Origin: an uncultured Candidatus Thioglobus sp.
GTDB taxonomy: Bacteria; Pseudomonadota; Gammaproteobacteria; PS1; Pseudothioglobaceae
DNA length: 64,000 nt
Reading direction: 5' to 3'
Assembly (NCBI GenBank): GCA_964577715.1
Contig: CAZOAA010000001.1
Span: forward strand, 13,396-77,395
A program made the position numbers and the translations under genes. Below are positions 44,700-55,651 of this stretch, piece after piece. The notes under the pieces were generated by a model. That model searched no databases, was not told the origin of the DNA, and worked only from the letters and a program-made list of their open reading frames with translations. The first letter of the stretch is position 1. Every line of letters begins with the position of its first letter.

Positions 44700-45917
44700 A
44701 TGAATATTTTAATTTTAAGTGATTTTTTTCCACCGCAGTTAAGTGCGGGCGCTGAAAACATTGCTTTTGAAATCTCCAAATCATATGTGAGAAAGAGCCA
44801 CAATGTTAGTGTTATAACCATTAACAAACTGTTAAATAAAGGTGAGGTTGTGGTTGAAAACTATGAAGGTATTAAGATTTACCAAATAGGCTTTAGCTAT
44901 AATGAAAAATTATCTGCATTTGTTTGTTTATACAATCCATTTGTTTTGAATATCATTAAAAAAATAATAAAAAATAAAAATTTTAACGTTGCACATATCC
45001 ACAATATACATACTTATATTTCATACAGTGCAATAGGTTTGTTAGCAAAGTACAATATTCCATCTGTTTTGACAGCGCATGATGCTATGTCTATTGCTTA
45101 CGGCAAGTATGACCAAGGTGTTTCGCCTAACAATAAATCTATAGATGCGCATGTTGATTATCGATTAAATTATTTAAAAACTTGGAGGGACAACTGGAAA
45201 AGATTTAATCCAATTAGAAATTTTTTTATTAGATACCAGTTTAAAAAGTTAAAAAAAATTGTATGTGTATCTAAAGAATTGGAAAAGCTTTTAAATGCCA
45301 ATAGCATTAAGAATACAACCGTAATTCACAACGGTCTTTGTCAAATTGGTCAGCCCGATGCAAATAGTATTGTTGAATTTAGAAATAAGCTAGGCATTAA
45401 AAACAATGACAAAGTTGTCTTATTTGCAGGTCGTTTATCCAATCTTAAAGGATTTTCTCAGGTGCAAAAACTTATGATAAGACTGGTGCAGAAAGATAAC
45501 AATATTAAGTTATTAATTGTTGGTAAAAGGGTTTCTGTTGATGAAAAAATCATAAATAACGTTGTAAACACTGGATGGCTTTCTAAAGAAGAGATGGGAT
45601 TAGCATATAGAATTTCTAAATTAAGCTTAGTTCCTTCTATTTATCTTGACCCTTTTCCTACAGTTGTTCTAGAGTCTATGCAGTCTGGAACCCCTGTGAT
45701 AGCAACTTGTTTTGGCGGTGCAAAAGAGGCTATTGTTAATGGTAAAACTGGTTTTGTGGTCAATCCATTTAATATTGATTATTTTTACAATAGAATTACA
45801 GAAATTTTGGATAACGATGAATTGTCTAGTGATATGGGAAAAGAATCAAAAAAGAGATTTGATAATTTATTTACTATTGACAACTGCATTAAACAATATG
45901 CAAAGTTCGTTTATTAG
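44700..45917 (+). CDS. GT4-family glycosyltransferase
   Basis: VPSIYLDPFPTVVLESMQSGTPVIATCFGGAKEAIVNGKTGFVV. Confidence 0.85.
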   Translation: MNILILSDFFPPQLSAGAENIAFEISKSYVRKSHNVSVITINKLLNKGEVVVENYEGIKIYQIGFSYNEKLSAFVCLYNPFVLNIIKKIIKNKNFNVAHIHNIHTYISYSAIGLLAKYNIPSVLTAHDAMSIAYGKYDQGVSPNNKSIDAHVDYRLNYLKTWRDNWKRFNPIRNFFIRYQFKKLKKIVCVSKELEKLLNANSIKNTTVIHNGLCQIGQPDANSIVEFRNKLGIKNNDKVVLFAGRLSNLKGFSQVQKLMIRLVQKDNNIKLLIVGKRVSVDEKIINNVVNTGWLSKEEMGLAYRISKLSLVPSIYLDPFPTVVLESMQSGTPVIATCFGGAKEAIVNGKTGFVVNPFNIDYFYNRITEILDNDELSSDMGKESKKRFDNLFTIDNCIKQYAKFVY

Positions 45918-45920
45918 TTT

Positions 45921-46874
45921 GTGAATATTAAAGAATTAGTTGTAAAAACTCTCAAACATCCCTTGAGTAATGCTGTTAATTACTTGCTTAAGAGTTTTAA
46001 TATATTTGTTATTTATCGAATTGGCAATGCAATTGGCGATCAATTATGTATGAGCGCAATTGTGCGTTTAATTGATAAGCAATATCCATATAAAATAGTG
46101 GTGATTTCATCTTATCCAGAAATTTTTTATAATAATCCAAGAATTTGGAAAAATATAAACATTAATAAAAGCGATTCACCCCTTTTAAGAATCATTAGAT
46201 TCTTAAAAGGGTTTCAAATAGAGCACTTTTTCCCAACTTTTAAAAATATTGTGTTTGAAGACTATATGCGTCAAACAAAATCAAGCATTCACCTTATCGA
46301 AGCACATTCGCAGCATTTTTTTCATAAAATTAAAAAAGATAATTTTAAAAATGAAATATTTTTTTCCAAGGATGAGGTTGAGCAATATCGATCAAAATTT
46401 AAACTGTTAAGTCGATTTTCATTAATTAACCCTGTAGGTAAAGATTCTTATACTCCAAATAAAAATTGGGGGTTTGATAATTTTCAGCAGATAGTTGATT
46501 CGAGTGACAACATTAATTGGATTCAAGTTGGAATTTCTAATGATAAGAAATTATTGGGAGTATTGGATTATCTAGGGGCAACAACTTTGAGAGAATTATT
46601 TTATTTAGTTTCAAAGGCGGAATTTATTCTTGCTAATGAGGGGCTACTAAATCATATTGCCTCAGCGTTTAACGTTAAGTCATATGTAGTACACTCTGGC
46701 TTTTCACAAACTGAATTGTCCAAGTATGGCAATACTACTTTTTTTAGTAATAATATTGCTTGTGAGTATAGCCCGTGTTGGAAGTTAGATGAATGTGGTA
46801 TAAAGAACAAGCCGTGTATTAATAGCATCACTCCGAATAAAGTTTTAGAAAGGATAATTAAAGATAAAGCATGA
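45921..46874 (+). CDS. Possible GT9 (heptosyltransferase-like) glycosyltransferase
   Basis: N-terminal IGNAIGDQLCMSAIVRLIDKQYP and C-terminal ANEGLLNHIASAFNVKSYVV resemble GT9 motifs. GTG start. Confidence 0.4.
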   Translation: MNIKELVVKTLKHPLSNAVNYLLKSFNIFVIYRIGNAIGDQLCMSAIVRLIDKQYPYKIVVISSYPEIFYNNPRIWKNININKSDSPLLRIIRFLKGFQIEHFFPTFKNIVFEDYMRQTKSSIHLIEAHSQHFFHKIKKDNFKNEIFFSKDEVEQYRSKFKLLSRFSLINPVGKDSYTPNKNWGFDNFQQIVDSSDNINWIQVGISNDKKLLGVLDYLGATTLRELFYLVSKAEFILANEGLLNHIASAFNVKSYVVHSGFSQTELSKYGNTTFFSNNIACEYSPCWKLDECGIKNKPCINSITPNKVLERIIKDKA

Positions 46875-47524
46875 AATATATTTTTTTGTTAGTAAAAAGA
46901 TTTAGCAGAAGAAACTGGCATAAATTTTTTTTGAAAAGTCTTACCGAAATTAAATCGGTAGAGAATTTAAAAGTATTAAATATCGGGTCTGGTGGTCCCA
47001 TTCAAGCAATAATAGAGTCATCTTTGCAGGGCAGTATAATTAATATAGACATTGATCCTGGCAGAAAGCCGGATATTGTGATGGATGTTACTAGTTTAGA
47101 GTTTGACAACAATTCTTTTGATTTGGTTATTATGATGGAGGTTCTTGAGCATGTGAAAGAGCCTAAAAAAGCATTATCTGAGATAAGTCGTGTTTTGAGT
47201 CATGATGGTAGGTTAATAATGAGCACCCCTTTTATTTTGGGAATTCATGATGAGCCGTATGATTATTACAGGTTTACAAAATACGGATTAAAATATTTAT
47301 TGAGTGATTTTAAAATTAAGATTCAAGAAACTAATGATTTTGCACACACTATTGTGGTTTTGGTTGGTCGATTACTTAAATCGAAATTAAGAAAAGATAA
47401 GATTATAGGATTGGCGATATTAACACCGATCTTATTAGCATACCCAATAGTTTTTATTATTTCAAAATCTATAAGTTGTAATAATATTACAACGGGTTAT
47501 TTTGTTGACGCTAAAAAGAAGTGA
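46871..47524 (+). CDS. Class I SAM-dependent methyltransferase with C-terminal hydrophobic tail
   Basis: VLNIGSGG, FDLVIMMEVLEHV, LSHDGRLIMSTP. Confidence 0.75.
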   Translation: MKYIFLLVKRFSRRNWHKFFLKSLTEIKSVENLKVLNIGSGGPIQAIIESSLQGSIINIDIDPGRKPDIVMDVTSLEFDNNSFDLVIMMEVLEHVKEPKKALSEISRVLSHDGRLIMSTPFILGIHDEPYDYYRFTKYGLKYLLSDFKIKIQETNDFAHTIVVLVGRLLKSKLRKDKIIGLAILTPILLAYPIVFIISKSISCNNITTGYFVDAKKK

Positions 47525-48663
47525 GATTAATTTATATTACTAATACTCGATTACCCTCTGAGAAGGCTAATAGTTATCAATCTATGCAAATGTGCTATAG
47601 CTTTTCTAAAGTATTTGACGAGGTGGAGTTATGGACTGGAAAGGCAAGGAACACCAAAGAGCTGAAAGAAGTTAAAGATATTTTTGGATATTATGGACTT
47701 AATAAAACTTTTAAGATAAGGCGTTTTTTTCAATATGATTCTTACATACTAGGGCATACAAATGAATGGTTGTGGGCAAATTTAAGAGGTGTGGTTTTTT
47801 CAATAAACACTTGTATACATTTAATCAAGTATAGAAAGTCTAATGATTTGATTGTTTACACAAGAGTATGGAATGTGCTGTTTATTTTTAATCTACTTAA
47901 AAAGTTAAAAATACTTAATGTGCCAATATTTTATGAAGCTCACCGTTTTTCTAAAAGACTTGTCAATCAGCAAAAAAAGACCAACGGCCTGGTTGTTATT
48001 AATCAATATTTAGCAAATTTGTATAAAAAAAACAATATAAAAAGCATTTTTGTCGCCCATGATGGGGTTAATATTGATTTATATGAAAAGATTGGCGATT
48101 ATCAGTTTGATAGCAATAAAACAGAAATTAATATATTGTACACAGGCAGTTTATTTGCCTGGAAGGGAGTTGAGACTTTGGTAGATGCAATGGAGTTTCT
48201 GCCAGAAAAGTATAGGTTGGTATGTATTGGCGGCAGCGGAAAATATTTGCAAGATTTTAAAGAGTATGTTGGTGATAAAAAAGAATGTGACCGTATAAAA
48301 ATTATTGGGCATATGCCTAAGATAGAGCTGCTTAAGTTTGTAGAAAAGGCTGATGTTTTGGTTCTTCCGAATTCGGCAAAAGACAAAATGAGTTTATACA
48401 CATCACCGATCAAACTGTTTGAATATATGGCCTCAAAAAGACCGATAGTTGCATCAGATCTACCCTCTATTAAAGAGGTGCTATCGGATAATAATGCATA
48501 TTTTTTTACACCAGATAACGCAAGAAAATTGGCAATAAAGATTGAAGAAGCTACTGGAAAAGATTGTGGGAGTAAGGTTGAGAATGCATACAAATCAGTA
48601 GAACAATACACTTGGAATAATAGAGCCAAGAATATTGCAAAATTCTTAACTAACAATGCCTGA
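47521..48663 (+). CDS. GT4-family glycosyltransferase
   Basis: VLPNS...TSPIKLFEYMASKRPIVASDLPSIKEVL. GTGA overlap with the upstream gene. Confidence 0.8.
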   Translation: MRLIYITNTRLPSEKANSYQSMQMCYSFSKVFDEVELWTGKARNTKELKEVKDIFGYYGLNKTFKIRRFFQYDSYILGHTNEWLWANLRGVVFSINTCIHLIKYRKSNDLIVYTRVWNVLFIFNLLKKLKILNVPIFYEAHRFSKRLVNQQKKTNGLVVINQYLANLYKKNNIKSIFVAHDGVNIDLYEKIGDYQFDSNKTEINILYTGSLFAWKGVETLVDAMEFLPEKYRLVCIGGSGKYLQDFKEYVGDKKECDRIKIIGHMPKIELLKFVEKADVLVLPNSAKDKMSLYTSPIKLFEYMASKRPIVASDLPSIKEVLSDNNAYFFTPDNARKLAIKIEEATGKDCGSKVENAYKSVEQYTWNNRAKNIAKFLTNNA

Positions 48664-48672
48664 ATATAATTT

Positions 48673-50469
48673 ATGTGTGGTATAGCTGGAATTATCCATA
48701 ACCGCGACGCAGATTATGCGCCTTATGTGGAAAGTATGAACAAGGTTCAGCACCATAGAGGTCCTGATGATAGGGGTGTTGTATCAGTCAAGGGTGCGAC
48801 TTTAGGGCATACCAGATTAAGTATTGTAGATATAGATTCTGGTAACCAGCCCATGTTTTCTAGCGGTCAAGATTCAGTAATCACTTTTAACGGAGAGATT
48901 TACGGATATAAAAAAATAAGACAAGATCTTAATTATGATTTTGCTACTAATAGTGATACTGAGGTCGTTATTGCTTTATACAAGCAGCATGGCATCGATA
49001 TGTTTTCTAAACTTACAGGCATGTTTGCTTTTGGTATTTGGGACTCAAAGAAGCAATCTCTTCTGTTAGGGCGTGATAGGTTTGGCGAAAAGCCTTTATA
49101 TTATGCTTATGGTGAGAATGGTGAGTTTATTTTTGCTTCTGAAATTAAAGCAATTATTACCACAAATTTAGTCAAGCCAAAAGTTTCAAAAAAAGCAATC
49201 AGTCATTATTTTAAATATCTTTATATAGATCCATTGGAAACGATTTATGAAAATATTTACATTTTAGAGCCGGGTTTTTTTCTCGAATTTGCTAATGACA
49301 AAGTTAACATTAATAGGTATTACAACTATCCAGCGACACAAGATGCATCGATAGATGATGCTGTAAATATATTCAGGGAGAAGTTTGAAAAATCTGTTGA
49401 GAATCAATTAGTAGCGGATGTTGATGTCGGTGCTTTTTTAAGTGGGGGGTTGGATTCTAGCACCATAGTTGCCGTTGCGAGCAAATACAAGGCAAATTTA
49501 AAAACTTTCTCGTTTGGTTTTGAGGGATCAAAAAGTGAGTTGAGTTATGCAAGAGAAATTGCAAAAAAATACAACACTGACCATTATGAGTTGTTTGCCA
49601 GAAATATAGATATTGCAGAAGTGTTACTTAAAATGGCAGAAGTTTATGATGAGCCTTTTGCTGACTCATCGAATATCCCGACATATTTAATTTCTAAGTT
49701 AGCCGGAGAGCATTCTAAAGTTATTCTAACAGGTGATGGTGCGGATGAGTTACTTGGAGGGTATGAATGGTGGTATTCTGCGCTTTTAGGCGTTGGAAAT
49801 CCTCACAATGTTGTTAAAGAGGTGGTTTTGAAGGTTTTAGCAAAAAGTTTTTTTAAGGGAAGCAATATAAATGCAAATAGGTTGAAATACGGAAGAAAGT
49901 ATTCGACAGTAAAACAAGCGCATACAAACCGACCAACTTTTTTTACTGATAAAGATGTTAAGGATTTGCTTGATATAGATAATGACGACATTAGAAGCTA
50001 TATTTTTAAGGAAGAAAATACTATTAATGATGCCTTAAATATGGATTTGCAAGAGTATATGGCCGGAGATATTTTGGTTAAAACTGACAGAGCATCTATG
50101 GCTAATTCGCTAGAACTGAGATCGCCTTTTCTTGATGCAGATTTCGCATCATTTTGTATTTCATTGCCACACAGCTTAAAAATAAACAGTAATTCAGATA
50201 AGTTAATTTTAAGAAAAGCATACCAAGACATGTGGACCGAAAGTATTAGAAATAGAAACAAACAAGGTTTTGGATCTCCGGTTAATAAATGGCTAAAACA
50301 AAAAAATGTTCAAGCATTAAAAGACATATATTTCAATCAGTGTAGAAATGTGTTTTCGTGTATTTCTTTTGATGTTGCCAAACAATTCTTTTATAAAGAC
50401 AATTACCAGACTTGGGCATTATTGGTATTGTCTATCTGGTTTGAAAAGAATGCGAGTGATATTAAATGA
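48673..50469 (+). CDS. AsnB-type glutamine-hydrolysing amidotransferase (asparagine synthase family)
   Basis: N-terminal nucleophile MCGIAGI. PP-loop SGGLDSS. 598 aa. Confidence 0.88.
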   Translation: MCGIAGIIHNRDADYAPYVESMNKVQHHRGPDDRGVVSVKGATLGHTRLSIVDIDSGNQPMFSSGQDSVITFNGEIYGYKKIRQDLNYDFATNSDTEVVIALYKQHGIDMFSKLTGMFAFGIWDSKKQSLLLGRDRFGEKPLYYAYGENGEFIFASEIKAIITTNLVKPKVSKKAISHYFKYLYIDPLETIYENIYILEPGFFLEFANDKVNINRYYNYPATQDASIDDAVNIFREKFEKSVENQLVADVDVGAFLSGGLDSSTIVAVASKYKANLKTFSFGFEGSKSELSYAREIAKKYNTDHYELFARNIDIAEVLLKMAEVYDEPFADSSNIPTYLISKLAGEHSKVILTGDGADELLGGYEWWYSALLGVGNPHNVVKEVVLKVLAKSFFKGSNINANRLKYGRKYSTVKQAHTNRPTFFTDKDVKDLLDIDNDDIRSYIFKEENTINDALNMDLQEYMAGDILVKTDRASMANSLELRSPFLDADFASFCISLPHSLKINSNSDKLILRKAYQDMWTESIRNRNKQGFGSPVNKWLKQKNVQALKDIYFNQCRNVFSCISFDVAKQFFYKDNYQTWALLVLSIWFEKNASDIK

Positions 50470-51494
50470 AGTTTGATGTCATTATTGCAACCTATAACCG
50501 TGGAGAAAGTCTACGTACTTTGGTCGAACAGATTCTAGAGTGCAGTATATTGCCTGAGAATATTATTATTGTTGACTCTTCCACAGACAAAAATAAGGAC
50601 ATTTTAGATTTTGATAGGGTTTTGTATATTCACTCGAATTATGGTAACCAGCCATATCAGAGGTATGTTGGATATTTAGCATCGAAACAAGATATATTGT
50701 TTTATTTTGACGATGATATGCGTATTACTGACAAGGATTGTTTCAATAAGGTATTGGAATATTACAATGTTGGTAATGTTGTTGCTGTGCAGCCAAATTT
50801 TGACTATAAACATAAGTTCTTAGATCAAGGTGTGCCAAAGTCTAAACTTAGAGAATTGAGTAGAAAAAATCTTTTTTTTAGGTTTGCTAAGTCTGTATCG
50901 GGCATTCCAAGAATTAAAGAGGGCGGTTTTTGGCTGGCCGGTTTAAGGGGTGCTAGGCCAAAAGATACCGGATATATGGAATATTTCAATGGTCCGGTTT
51001 TTTCAGTTAAAAGAGCAGTGCTTTATCAAAATTTTAACTTTAATTTATTTAATCTCTATCAAAAAAAATACGGCAAGGCGGAGGATGCAATATTGGGATT
51101 TAGTGTTTCAAAACAAGGCAATATTGCTTTTTGTGAAAAAAAATATTTTTATCATGAAGATCAGAATGACTCTAGTTATGCTGTCAATATTTACACATAC
51201 AATAAAAGGGTTGCGTATTCAAGACTATACTTATCTTTTGAATATGCCAGATTACAAAAAAAATCAAAATTTATTGCTTTTTTACATTTCAATGTTTATT
51301 CGATAGGGCGAATGTTGTCTATGTTGATAAATCAGCTAATTTGCTTAGAAACAAAACGTTTTCAAGCATTTAAAGGATATTTATCAGGGTATCTTATGGC
51401 TTTATTTGATTTGCACAATATTAACAATGTTATATCAGCTTCATTTTGGAATGATAGATCGTTGGTAGATATTGGCAATAAAGAAGGTAGTTAA
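50466..51494 (+). CDS. GT2-family glycosyltransferase
   Basis: FDVIIATYNRGESL ... IIVDSS ... FYFDDDM. Confidence 0.7.
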   Translation: MKFDVIIATYNRGESLRTLVEQILECSILPENIIIVDSSTDKNKDILDFDRVLYIHSNYGNQPYQRYVGYLASKQDILFYFDDDMRITDKDCFNKVLEYYNVGNVVAVQPNFDYKHKFLDQGVPKSKLRELSRKNLFFRFAKSVSGIPRIKEGGFWLAGLRGARPKDTGYMEYFNGPVFSVKRAVLYQNFNFNLFNLYQKKYGKAEDAILGFSVSKQGNIAFCEKKYFYHEDQNDSSYAVNIYTYNKRVAYSRLYLSFEYARLQKKSKFIAFLHFNVYSIGRMLSMLINQLICLETKRFQAFKGYLSGYLMALFDLHNINNVISASFWNDRSLVDIGNKEGS

Positions 51495-51496
51495 AA

Positions 51497-52765
51497 ATGT
51501 TGAATGCAATTGCACCACTAATCGCCATCGGGTATTTTTTATTTTTTATAAAAAATAACAAGCTTAATCCTCCTTTAGTTGGGCTAATATTCTTATCTTT
51601 CTTGTTTTTTGCAACCAACTATTCACACTATGGTTTAGAAGTCGATATTTATCGATATTTGCATAGATTTATAGGGGCAATAATTGCAGTTTCCTTAGTT
51701 GTTAAAATCATTAAACAAAAAATACCAATCTATAAAGACCCTGTTGCTATTCTTCTAAGTTTGTTCTTAATGGTATTGTTGTTAAGTTCTGTAGGTAATG
51801 ACTTAAACTTGCCGCACTATACTCATTATGTGAGAAATTTTATTTTTATTGGCTGTATAGTGATGTATTTGTATTTGCAGCTTGATTCAGAAGACAAGTT
51901 AGGCGAGCTTTATAGGCTTGTTATTGGATTAACAGCTATTCTTGCTTTTTTTGTTTTAATTGAGGTTTTTCAATCAGAGTGGAGTAGAACTCAATTGTTT
52001 TATTCCAATCCGAATTATTTAGGTTATGCATTATTGCCTGGATTTATTTTAAGTATTTATAGCAAAATAAAATACAAGTGGTTTTTTGTTGTTTCAATAT
52101 TGATTGCGATTTTTGCCACAGGTTCAAATTCTGCAGAAATTGGTGTTATATTTGCTATATTGACACTTGCTATAAGTCATAGAAATCAAATAAATAAAGT
52201 TCACATATTCATAGCAAGTGTTTTAGTTGTTGTATTTGGCATGTTTTTTAATAAGATTGTTTTAAATCTGGATATTAACTCTACTCGTTATGCATTAAGC
52301 AAAATTGCTATAAATGCCTTTGAAGAAAATCCAGTTAATGGCATAGGCTATGGTCAGTTTAGAACCAAGCTTATCAATTATATTGATAATGATGTGTTAA
52401 GTTTAGATAACCATGAAATCAATGATGTGGTATTAAGTTATGATAACAGTCTCAGTGATAAATATTTAAGGAGTCGGGGCATAGATAGATACTTAGAAAA
52501 AATGACCCACAGTGATTTATTGACAATAATTTCTGAATTGGGTCTTTTGGGTGTTTTGTTTGTTTTCTGGGTTTTTTATAGATTATATTTTTCTCTAAAA
52601 AGAATTAAATTAAATTGTAATAATGCATACTTTTTATCTATAAGTCTTATCGGCGCATCATTATTGTTTTCACTATTTCATAACAATTTAACATCTTTTG
52701 TTTTTTGGTTTGTTCTACTGCTTCCTTTTATAATTATTCGAAATATTGAAAAAACACAATTATGA
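51497..52765 (+). CDS. O-antigen polymerase/ligase-like (Wzy_C-type) membrane protein
   Basis: 422 aa polytopic protein with one larger loop (residues about 270-330) between hydrophobic blocks. Confidence 0.55.
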   Translation: MLNAIAPLIAIGYFLFFIKNNKLNPPLVGLIFLSFLFFATNYSHYGLEVDIYRYLHRFIGAIIAVSLVVKIIKQKIPIYKDPVAILLSLFLMVLLLSSVGNDLNLPHYTHYVRNFIFIGCIVMYLYLQLDSEDKLGELYRLVIGLTAILAFFVLIEVFQSEWSRTQLFYSNPNYLGYALLPGFILSIYSKIKYKWFFVVSILIAIFATGSNSAEIGVIFAILTLAISHRNQINKVHIFIASVLVVVFGMFFNKIVLNLDINSTRYALSKIAINAFEENPVNGIGYGQFRTKLINYIDNDVLSLDNHEINDVVLSYDNSLSDKYLRSRGIDRYLEKMTHSDLLTIISELGLLGVLFVFWVFYRLYFSLKRIKLNCNNAYFLSISLIGASLLFSLFHNNLTSFVFWFVLLLPFIIIRNIEKTQL

Positions 52766-53925
52766 AGATCTGCTATGTTCTGCCCCAATACTATAAAAAC
52801 AGCGCAGAGAATTTTTATCATATTGTTAACTTTTTAAATAAGCTTGGGGAAAAAGTTGAGCTCTATGTTATTGTTGAGAGAAGTGATACAGAAGTTGTCA
52901 TTGATAGTGCCAAACAAATTTTTTTATTAAAACCACAAACTCATCTTTTTAACATATCAAGATTTTTTCAATTAATAAAAATTTATTTTCTTCTTTATAG
53001 AAAAGGAATAAATTTATTTTTTATTCGAGCTTCATTGACTGGTGTTTTGCCAATGATTTTCGCAAATAGATTAATAAATTTCAATCGTGCCCAAGTTGTC
53101 TTTTGGAGTTGTGGGCAAGATGTTGTTCCGTTATCCTTTAGACCAACAAAAAAGAATTTAAAAAGGCTTTTGTCAAAATTTTTATCTAAGGTAGTTTTTA
53201 AAGGTATTAATCACTTGGCTACTGGCCCAGAGATTATGTCTGACTACTATCATAATCACTATGGCATTGGTCAAAGCAAGATTATTACACTTTATAATGA
53301 CATTTCTCCTGAGAGATTTTACCCAATCAAAAAACCCAAAGAAAAATCCCAGCTAAAGCAAGAATTGTTAGGTGCAGATAAAAAAGTTATGCTTTTTGTG
53401 CATACTTTTAATCGGTGTCGTGGAACAGATCTGCTACCTGCGATTGCTAAAAAGATTAAAGAATTAAATATGGATGCAATGGTTGTTGCCATTGGAAGAG
53501 ATGGAGATTATTCTGAGAAACTGAATGCGGAGACAGTGTCCAAAGGCCTGACAGGCTATTTGTTAAATTTAGGAGAAGTTGCAAATCGAAAAATCGAAAA
53601 ATATTACCAATTGGCAGATTTATTCTTAATGCCATCCAGAGGTGAGGGTTTTCCAAGAGTGTTATTAGAATCTATGGCATGTGGCTGCCCGCCATTATCG
53701 TTTGATGTCGGAGGCGTGAAAAATATTTTGCCAGAAGATACGCTGGATGATTTAGTTATATCTTCAATTGAAGACAGTAAGTTTATAGATCGAAGTCTTG
53801 AGATTATTGATAATAAGAAGTTGTTATCACAACTGTCTAACTCAGTTTTAGAGAAGGTTAAAACATATGAAACACAGAATATTGTTGATATGTATGTTGA
53901 GCAATTAGATAGAATTAACAAGTAA
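52762..53925 (+). CDS. GT4-family glycosyltransferase
   Basis: MPSRGEGFPRVLLESMACGCPPLSFDVGGVKNIL. Confidence 0.85.
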   Translation: MKICYVLPQYYKNSAENFYHIVNFLNKLGEKVELYVIVERSDTEVVIDSAKQIFLLKPQTHLFNISRFFQLIKIYFLLYRKGINLFFIRASLTGVLPMIFANRLINFNRAQVVFWSCGQDVVPLSFRPTKKNLKRLLSKFLSKVVFKGINHLATGPEIMSDYYHNHYGIGQSKIITLYNDISPERFYPIKKPKEKSQLKQELLGADKKVMLFVHTFNRCRGTDLLPAIAKKIKELNMDAMVVAIGRDGDYSEKLNAETVSKGLTGYLLNLGEVANRKIEKYYQLADLFLMPSRGEGFPRVLLESMACGCPPLSFDVGGVKNILPEDTLDDLVISSIEDSKFIDRSLEIIDNKKLLSQLSNSVLEKVKTYETQNIVDMYVEQLDRINK

Positions 53926-54611
53926 TGATTGTATCGATACATCAACCGAACTTTTTCCCGTGGATGGGGTATTTTGACAAAATTAACAGAAGTGATGTAT
54001 TTGTATTACTAACATCGTCCACGCGCTCAAAAAATGATAAATATCTAACAAGAACAAAAATATTGAATAATAATTCGACTTCACAATATCTATCAATTCC
54101 ATTAGGCACAAAACAAATACCAATCAATCATCTTAAGATGCCAATAGATAAAACATGGAAACAAAAGTCACTAAATAGAATCCAAGAATCCTATAGAAAC
54201 GCAAATTTTTTTGATGAGGTTTATGATGATATTGAAAGGCTTTTTATGTTTGAGTCTGAACAATTCTCGGACTATAGCGCCAACATAATTAATTTTTTTA
54301 TCACTAAGTTTAATATTGATACTAAACTGTATGTAGATACCAGTTTTAATCAGGATTTTGGCACGTCAAATCAAAGAAATATTGCAATTTGTAATAAGCT
54401 AGGGGCGGATATCTATTTGTCAGGCAATGGTGCAAAAACCTATAATGACGAGCGACTCTATAAACAAAACTCAATCAAACTAATGTATCAAAACTATACG
54501 CCTGTATCTTACCAACAGGCTTCTAATGATTTTATTGCTGGCCTTTCGATTATTGATGCTATTTTTAACTGTGGCTATAAAGCTACAGAGAGCTTAATTA
54601 AACAACCTTAA
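53925..54611 (+). CDS. WbqC-family protein (function unknown)
   Basis: N-terminal IHQPNFFPWMGYFDKI is the family signature. 228 aa. Confidence 0.8.
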   Translation: MIVSIHQPNFFPWMGYFDKINRSDVFVLLTSSTRSKNDKYLTRTKILNNNSTSQYLSIPLGTKQIPINHLKMPIDKTWKQKSLNRIQESYRNANFFDEVYDDIERLFMFESEQFSDYSANIINFFITKFNIDTKLYVDTSFNQDFGTSNQRNIAICNKLGADIYLSGNGAKTYNDERLYKQNSIKLMYQNYTPVSYQQASNDFIAGLSIIDAIFNCGYKATESLIKQP

Positions 54612-54613
54612 AA

Positions 54614-55651
54614 ATGAAAGAGCAGTTAGTTGCAAAGCCGTTCCAAAAATTTACCAATAGCGAGTGGGATAAGTTACTAGATGATTTTAATGCAACAGTT
54701 AATTACACCTCGTGGTTTATTGATTACCTTGAGGTTTTAAATACCCAAACCCAAATAAAAAATTTTACATTTACACTTATTGATAATACTAAGGTTGTTG
54801 CTATCGTTCCCCTATATATTGAAAAAATTAGTAATCGTTGGCAGATGTCTACAGGACAGGAGCCAATTTTTGCCCCAATCTTTTCAAAAAACATATCTAA
54901 TGATAGGGTTTTGGACTATTATCAATTTATTATTGAGCAAATAGACGACACCGCTAATAAACATAAATGTATTTTGGCGCGTTTTCAGTATTCTCCCTTG
55001 TTGCACACTAAATTTAGTCGTAATTATTTTGTGGAGCTAGGATATAAAAAACACATTCTACACCCTGATTGGTATATGTTTAAGGCTAGTAATAGTTATG
55101 TGATTGATTTAAAACAGCCAAAAGACCAACTATTTAAAAAAATTCGAAAGGGTCATAGAGCCAATATTAACCGAACAAAAAAGATTGCGAAGTTGATTAT
55201 ATTGGATGCTTCAACCTTTGATCAAAAAATATTCAAACAATACATTGAATTGTTTTATCAAGTAAAAGGTAACAAAAGAACCAAAGAAGCATTTGCACAA
55301 GATTTAAATGCAATTAAATTTGGACATGAGATTGTGATGATATGCGAATATAATGAATTGTTAGTTGGTGCGATAGCAATACATATACACAATAAAAAAG
55401 CAAGATATAATTCATCTATACAACTTTATGGACTTAGTAAAGATTTATATCCAAATCATTTTTTATTAAGTTCGGCAATTAGTTATTTAAAAGATAGGGA
55501 ATTTGAGTTATTTGAAATTGGAGAACAGGTGCAAGAAAGTAATTTATACAAGGTTTCAAAAAAAGAAAAGAACTTATCGCATTTTAAGTCTGGCTGGGGT
55601 GGCGATTTACATCCTTGCATGAAAGCTCAAAGGGAGTTTATGCATGTTTAA
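54614..55651 (+). CDS. FemAB-like / GNAT-fold acyl(aminoacyl)transferase
   Basis: 345 aa. KIRKGHRANINRTKK motif and tandem-GNAT length typical of FemAB-family proteins. Confidence 0.45.
   Translation: MKEQLVAKPFQKFTNSEWDKLLDDFNATVNYTSWFIDYLEVLNTQTQIKNFTFTLIDNTKVVAIVPLYIEKISNRWQMSTGQEPIFAPIFSKNISNDRVLDYYQFIIEQIDDTANKHKCILARFQYSPLLHTKFSRNYFVELGYKKHILHPDWYMFKASNSYVIDLKQPKDQLFKKIRKGHRANINRTKKIAKLIILDASTFDQKIFKQYIELFYQVKGNKRTKEAFAQDLNAIKFGHEIVMICEYNELLVGAIAIHIHNKKARYNSSIQLYGLSKDLYPNHFLLSSAISYLKDREFELFEIGEQVQESNLYKVSKKEKNLSHFKSGWGGDLHPCMKAQREFMHV

Noticed and set aside
48102-48656. A 184-aa ORF on the minus strand, the longest antisense ORF in the track.
   Set aside because: It lies entirely inside, and antisense to, the motif-bearing GT4 gene 47521..48663. 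Its sequence is low-complexity (Leu/Ser/Phe-rich) with no recognisable motif, so it is a typical shadow ORF.
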